From positions 122,946,001 through 123,010,000 of the forward strand of contig NC_135656.1 of the NCBI RefSeq assembly GCF_964188315.1: 64,000 bases of DNA, in the 5' to 3' direction. Of the stretch, positions 58,639-64,000 are shown piece after piece. This DNA is from Podarcis muralis. Taxonomy: Eukaryota. The first letter of the stretch is position 1, and the number at the start of each line of letters is the position of its first letter. A program made the position numbers and the translations under genes. The notes under the pieces are model-generated. The model made no database searches. It had not been told where the DNA came from and saw only the letters and a program-made list of their open reading frames with translations.

Positions 58639-59721
58639 TTTATTTATATCCCGCCCTCCCCTGCCGAAGCTGGGCTCAGGGCGGCTAACAACATTCTAAG
58701 ACATTCATTATAAAATTAATCAAATCAAATTAAAGTCAAATTAATGGCAACCATCAAGCAAAATTCTGTGCAGATTGCCGATTGCCAGAGGAGGGGCTCA
58801 GGCTGCGCCCTGACCAAAGGCCTGGTAGAACAGCTCTGTCTTGCAGGCCCTGCGGAAGGATGTCAGGTCCTGCAGGGCCCTAGTCTCCTGTGACAGAGCG
58901 TTCCACCAGATTGGAGCCGCGGCCGAGAAGGCCCTGGCTCTAGTTGAGGCCAGCCTAACCTCTCTGTGGCCTGGGATCTTTAGGATGTTTTTATTTGCAG
59001 ACCGTAGATCTCTCTGTGGGTCATACCAGGAGAGGCGGTCCCGTAGGTACGAGGGTCCTAGGACCTTCAGATGATGAATGAAATCAGTGTAGCATCTAAA
59101 AGGGAAGAGATTGTGATAACTGGTCACCTCAACTACCCTTCCAGTCATGGCAAAGAGGTGACATTTCTAGAAACCCCAAATGACAGTGTACTTGATGTTG
59201 GAACTGACAAGGAGGGCAGTGACCTTGGACTTAATATTGAGTAGTGCCCAGAACATTAGTGGTGAATTCTGGCACCTCTTTTTCTAGAAAAACAGCAGTG
59301 GCTGTTTGAACGTACTTAGCAGTGGCTGTTTGAATGAATGAATGAACCTACTCTCTAATTCTCTTACGTAAGAACAAAAGAATAGCCTGCTGGATCAGAC
59401 CAATGACTCATTTATTCATTTATCATTTTCTACCAGGTGCTTGAGGAAAACCAGGGAGGTGCCAGAACTGAGTCCTGCTGAAAAAAAAAGTCCTGAAGGC
59501 AGCATTACTTACTACTCAAATTGGGTTGAGGGAGTGCTGGTAAAGGTGAACGGATATTGACCTCCAATCATTTGTGAAGATACGATTCCACTAATGAGAT
59601 GGTCTCCTGTCTTGTAAAAATTCACAGCCAAATCTTGATCTCTGATCAGATTCAGTGGGCATTTAGTCCTCTGCTGTATCCCATAGGTTGCAAGAGGCAG
59701 CAGCAGAAGCAGTGTTGTCAT
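50229..59721 (-). CDS. Vmn2r: V2R gene D, complete six-exon ORF, 846 aa, Cys-to-Tyr in the Cys-rich domain
   Basis: 209+292+783+231+127+899 = 2541 nt in frame; exon 2 translated by hand (absent from ORF track only because it lacks an early start codon). Confidence 0.88.
51328..51454 (-). CDS. Vmn2r: V2R gene D exon 5
   Basis: TAG|[42 protein letters not shown]|GTAGGA; 127 nt. Confidence 0.9.
52177..52407 (-). CDS. Vmn2r: V2R gene D exon 4
   Basis: TAG|[15 protein letters not shown]...IVWAKAFKK|GTAGGA; 231 nt. Confidence 0.9.
53059..53279 (-). mobile_element. Solo PLE pLTR 3' fragment with full tail, within (TA)n, in gene D intron 3
   Basis: Reverse complement of about 4757-4973; (TA)n on both sides. 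Confidence 0.85.
53138..53182 (-). ncRNA. Minimal hammerhead ribozyme motif, sense to gene D
   Basis: CTGAAGA at 53178-53172, stem II, GAAAC, GTC at 53147-53145. Confidence 0.62.
53452..54234 (-). CDS. Vmn2r: V2R gene D exon 3
   Basis: CAG|[19 protein letters not shown]...RLQPWQ|GTACGA; 783 nt. Confidence 0.92.
54547..54904 (+). mobile_element. Solo LTR with 40-bp tandem CCAAT-box repeats
   Basis: TG...TTCA ends; three 40-bp repeats containing GATTGG; TATATAAA at ~54805; AATAAA at 54864; TSD not seen. Confidence 0.6.
55750..56104 (+). mobile_element. Sauria SINE (second subfamily)
   Basis: TSD TATATTGTTTTGCTAA (16 bp). Confidence 0.92.
56200..56491 (-). CDS. Vmn2r: V2R gene D exon 2
   Basis: AAG|[66 protein letters not shown]...YKIPQ|GTAAGA; 292 nt, no stops. 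Confidence 0.88.
57438..57787 (+). mobile_element. Sauria SINE (second subfamily)
   Basis: TSD TAAAATAGGGGAT. Confidence 0.92.
57948..58310 (-). mobile_element. L2 3' end (young copy)
   Basis: YLKERL...[18 protein letters not shown]; (ATT)n tail. Confidence 0.8.
58311..59260 (+). mobile_element. CR1 endonuclease-region fragment interrupted by L2
   Basis: [21 protein letters not shown]...[10 protein letters not shown]; resumes after 59070 with G.LNYP and LDLIL motifs. Confidence 0.6.
58592..59068 (-). mobile_element. L2 3' fragment (same subfamily as 3100-3690)
   Basis: GPSYLRDRL...[16 protein letters not shown]; (ATT)n tail. Confidence 0.78.
59513..59721 (-). CDS. Vmn2r: V2R gene D exon 1
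   Basis: [14 protein letters not shown]...[11 protein letters not shown]; TA|GTAAGT; 209 nt. Confidence 0.9.
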
Positions 59722-61509
59722 TCCAGGTCTACTTGCTACACTTCCCTATTGATTATTCCTCCTAACTTCATAGCCAGCTATTCAGAAGAAATCCTGTCTC
59801 TTGAAAGAATGATGTTTCAGGGACTTGACAAATATGGGGGTGGGGTGAGGGTGGGGTTACTGGATCCGGCTTCAGAGACAAAGAGAAATTGAAGGGAAGG
59901 ATCATGGCTCAGTGGAAGAGCATCTGTTTTGCACCCAGAAGGTGTTTTATACACCAGACCTTTCAGGCACAGTGGAATAAACAACCCCCCGTTGCCCTTG
60001 ATTGTGATGTTCAGCTAATTGGTCCCAAATGCAGTATTTCAGGTGGGGATGGGGAGTAACTTGGACTCAGGAAAAAATAAAAATAAATTACTGTGATTCT
60101 GATGGTTGTAAAGGGAGGAAAGATCTCCCCTGAAACTATAGTAGCAGGTGCAGAGCAGGAAGAAAACATCTTTACTAAGTAGACTGACGTGGTTGAAGGA
60201 GAAAGGTGAGTTTGGCTGAACGTTATTGACATCACAATAGCTCTGAGGTTGGGCCCATGAAGGGCCCATGAAGTCAACGGTCCTTTTCTTACAGTGGCCA
60301 AGCAGATGCCCCCAAATGAACCCTACAAGCAGAAGATGAAGGCAGAAGCACTTTCCCTACATGTGATTCCCCAAAGGCATCCTCTTTCCAACAGTGGAGA
60401 GACAACCAGTGTGGTGTCCTTGGTTCTAATAGGTTTTTATACCTATCCCAAACTTCTATAAGCCCATAAATTTTCAACAATCACTAATTTGAACTCGTAG
60501 CACAAAAACTGATGAATATCTCGCCGGCAAGGGGGGCAGGTAGGGAATCATTTCTGCTTGAATGTATTTAATCTGGAAATTTAACACAGTTCAAGCCATA
60601 CAAGTTCTTCAGTGATCTGCACAACCAATGCACCACAATACAAGCTCTCTCAATGTGTTACACAACTCCACCCCCATCCCTCCCAATACTTGGCCATAGT
60701 GGCTGCCAGCGGATACAGTTGATTCAGATGGCTGCTCAATGTCTGTCATTTAATCTAGCAAGAAACATATTCTGCCTGCTTCCAGAAAAATTAAGCTTAA
60801 GAATGATTCATCTTTGAGACATGGTGGCTATGTGACACATACTTGGGCTTCTGGTCTCCTCGCCCCTTGCTGGAGGGAAAGGATCAGCTTTCTAGTTTAC
60901 ATCAATTGCCCAGTCTGAGGAGCCAGGTCACAGTCAGAGAGTGGAGAACTGCACTAGAAATTGTTTCATTTGTCTTTCAAAGGAAGAAATATTCTTTCAC
61001 TTCTGTGACAGCCATTGGGATGAGATTGTATGGCAGTGATTGCAAGGTGACAGGTTCCAGCAGAGGAGAGGGAGACTGCTTTAGCATTTCGTAGGTGGGG
61101 ACAGGCAAACAAAGGAGCAGGCAAATCTCTGTCTGGTTGGCTGGAAGTTCCAATTCAGTTCAACAGTGAACATTCAGTTCAGTGAGGGATGGTCAACTCG
61201 GAATGGCTTGAAGATAGGAGAAGTGGAAATCATTGTCTGGAGTAAGCGATTGACTTAGTTGCACAGCAACGGACCACAGTCACCTCTGTGTCACCAGTAG
61301 GTTTATCTGGTTCCTCTAACATATATAACCACCCTCCTCAAATGAACCAGTTTAAATTTTTACTGTCACTAGTAGTAGACACATCCCATGTCCAAGCCTA
61401 AGAAACAGGCTACTAGGAGGTTTTTTGGAAGCATTCTGAGGAAACGGAGGCAGCAAATAAATAAGAGAAAGAGGCGTGTGTGTGTGGAAACAAATGAGGT
61501 GAAGGCTGC

Positions 61510-62299
61510 TGTCATGCGGCAGAGGAAACAACTCCCACACCAGGTTGCCAGGAAAGGATAAGACAAGGAAAAGTCCTTACCATTTGCTTTTTATTCAATA
61601 TTTACAGGGAGAGGCTTGGAATGCAGCCTCTTGGAATAATGCTGCTGTCCCTAGTGACTTTCCACCCCCCTTTTCTCCCACTTCCTTATTCATCATCATC
61701 TCCTCTATGGGTGGCGCTGAGGGTCCTCTGCTTCTGAGACCTTTGCTCTACTACTTTCAAGGCTCGCCGGGTGCTGGGAGGGGGGAGGTCTGGAATGCTT
61801 TCAAAAGACACTGTGTCCATCTGTGGTTTCCCTCCTGATGGCTCCTCCTGTGGGAAGGTTTACTGTATCTTTCGCTCTATAGGACGCACCCGACCATAGG
61901 TCGCACCTTCTTTTAGAGGGGGAGAACAAGAGAAAAAAATCTCCCCCTCTCTGTGCAGTGCCCCTTCAGCGAAGCAGCAGGAGAAACGGAGCCCCTTCCA
62001 TTTTCCTCCCACTTTGCTGAAGGGGCGATGCACAGCTTTCCCTCTCCCACATTGCCTTCGCCTTCAGTGAAGGCAACCCGAAGCCTCCGGATCGCAGTGG
62101 GAGTTCCCGCTGCGCTCCGGAGGCTTCAGGCGGCTATCTTTGAAGCCTGGAGAACAAGAGGGGTCAGTGCGCACCGACCCCTCTCGCTCTCCAGGCTTCA
62201 GTGAAAGCAACGCAAAGCCTCCAGAGTGCAGCGGGAGCACTCCCACTGCGCTTTGGAGGCTTCGCATTGCTATTGCTGAAGCCAAGGAGCCTGTATTCA

Positions 62300-62350
<51 letters not shown>

Positions 62351-63071
62351 TTGTTATTTATACCTCGCCCATCTGGCTGTGCTTCCCCAGCCACTCTGGG
62401 CGGCTTCCAAAAAAATATTAAAATACTGTAATACATCAAACATTAAAAGCTTCCCTAAACATAAGACACACACACATTTCCCCTTAATTTTTGGAGGGGA
62501 AAATGTGCGTCTTATAGAGCGAAAAATACGGAAATTTAGCAGAGTTAAACAATCCCCTTTTTAAGTTTATGCAGCAACCAGCTTGTTGCTGACTTGTCTG
62601 AGTTCTACTAATAAAGATGCCTTCCTGGTTAAAAATCCCTTAGAATCTCTCTATAGGAATACACACACTATTTTACTCTCAGGTTCATTCAGGTTTACAG
62701 AACTGTACCTGAAGGCAGGCTTAGGTTACATAACAAGCAAATGAACTATAACAGAGGGAAGTTGGTCCTGAGGTGACTGCAACTCAGCAGTTATCTTTCA
62801 AAACTGCCAGCAACCGACAAACTGGTTGTCACAGCAACCAGTTAGAACATGGAGGCCGTTAGCCCTCTGTCAGAATGTTGTACTTGACTGCAGCTTTACA
62901 TCCCACACCTCCTCCTCCTCTCCCATTATTTCCCAGCTTTCCCCCTCATCTGCCTCTGAGCTGTGACCTCCCTCAAACTCCTGTTGTAATGCTGAACTGT
63001 CTTCTTCTTCTCTGGAAGGGTCAGGCTGGGGAGGCGGTCTCCACCATTCCTCCTCTGCCCAGTCCCTGACA
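61510..63071 (-). mobile_element. LTR-like composite insertion with nested MITE
   Basis: TGTCA...TGACA termini; paralogous empty site GAAGGCAAC at 49983 implies 5-bp TSD (GCTGC/GCAAC). Confidence 0.5.
61863..62531. mobile_element. Tc1/mariner (pogo-like) MITE with nested L2 tail
   Basis: ~27-bp TIRs CTGTATCTTTCGCTCTATAGGACGCAC / GTGCGTCTTATAGAGCGAAAAATACGG; L2 tail at 62300-62440 (minus). Confidence 0.75.
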
Positions 63072-63235
63072 GCAACAGGGATGCTGACAATGATGCTTTT
63101 GGATCTCTGGCTTACCTTATACCTGGTGAGCTGTACATTGCAGTAGTAGGAAGACATTTGGACATACATACAGAAATAATTCTAGAATATATTGGCACCT
63201 TCTGGGAAATAATAGGTCTGGAATCTAGGGTTTTT

Positions 63236-63276
<41 letters not shown>

Positions 63277-63355
63277 CACCCCCCACTCTCCACTATAAGC
63301 TGTGGTCAAGTCCAGCTTCTGGTGGGGGATTTTCCCATATCCCAAGTGCTAGGAA

Positions 63356-63373
63356 TCAAATGCCATGTTTATT
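63356..63373 (-). pseudogene. Vmn2r: Terminal codons (NKHGI*) of a fifth V2R, gene E, interrupted by LINE insertions
   Basis: Encodes the same C-terminus as gene A (KNKHGI*); flank 63072-63360 is homologous to the 3' flanks of C and D; similarity stops at an L2-type tail at 63374. Confidence 0.55.
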
Positions 63374-63424
63374 TAGCCGCCCTGAGCCCAGCTTCAGCTG
63401 GGGAGGGCGGGATATAAATAAAAT

Positions 63425-63483
<59 letters not shown>
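63374..63483 (+). mobile_element. L2-type 3' tail
   Basis: TAGCCGCCCTGAGCCC...GGGAGGGCGGGATATAAATAAAA(TTTA)n(TTA)n. Confidence 0.7.
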
Positions 63484-64000
63484 CAGAAACCATTCAGAAG
63501 TTGTTACAGGAATCTACTTTGATCCGACAGACCGCAGAGGAAGCCAGGGGAAAAGTTGCTGTTATGGAGGATAAAGTAACACAACTGGAGGCAGAGAGGG
63601 TCCCAGATCTACAGAGGCAACTTGTTGACCACAAGCTGACGCTTTCTATGATTGAGCTCAAAGAAAAACAGACAAATTTGAGGATTAGGGCTGTACCTGA
63701 ACTGGAGAAGGACAGTTTGATAGAATTTCTCACGCAGGAATTTGCTGATTTTTGGAACTTGGACTTGGAGCAAGAGGAATTCAGAATTGTGAGTGCCTTT
63801 AGACTTGGAAGAGGGGGGAAAAAAGAAAAGAGTAGAATAAGAGACTGTTTGATTACCCTCCGAACTAAAGAAGAGAGATAGAATTTTGGGTTGGCACTTT
63901 CTGAAGACTTTGGAAATACAACAGTCAAGAGTGGAAATCTTTAAAGACGTCCCGAAATATCTTTTGGATCTTAGGTCCAATTATAGAGATTTGGTCGACC
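63484..64000 (+). mobile_element. L1 ORF1 fragment (coiled coil + RRM), frameshifted near 63876, continues off window
   Basis: EKQTNLRIRAVPE...AFRLG...RDCLI; after shift, VEIFKDVPKYLLDLRSNYRDL. Confidence 0.7.

Overview
Eukaryotic DNA, almost certainly from a squamate and probably a lacertid lizard (inferred from Sauria SINEs, Squam3-like SINEs, BovB and young L2 copies). The window is part of a tandem minus-strand array of vomeronasal type-2 receptor (V2R/Vmn2r, class C GPCR) genes. I reconstructed four six-exon genes by hand from splice sites and phases. A (19188->9567) is 850 aa. B (32447->23844) is 846 aa, but its exon-5 acceptor is displaced by an insertion. C (46560->37079) is 850 aa. 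D (59721->50229) is 846 aa and lacks one conserved cysteine. Also present are exon 1 of a divergent V2R (2420-2206) and the last codons of a fifth gene, E (~63356), cut by LINE insertions. Units repeat at about 13-14 kb. Introns and spacers are dense with transposons: 9 Sauria SINEs, 5 Squam3-like SINEs, L2, CR1, L1, BovB and Rex1-like fragments, Tc1/mariner- and hAT-type MITEs, and solo-LTR-like elements. The most notable items are: (1) three Penelope-like insertions in (TA)n tracts carrying five minimal hammerhead-ribozyme motifs, including a 250-bp palindrome and a sense copy in gene D intron 3; (2) a predicted SINE-tail rescue of gene B exon-5 splicing; (3) a gene-conversion chimera in gene C exon 6; (4) loss of the VFT-CRD linking cysteine in gene D. 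There are three N gaps (2769-2915, 6926-7075, 13685-13816), none in an exon. Repeat family names come from recalled sequence features, not database searches. Most long ORFs in the supplied track are artefacts of repeats.
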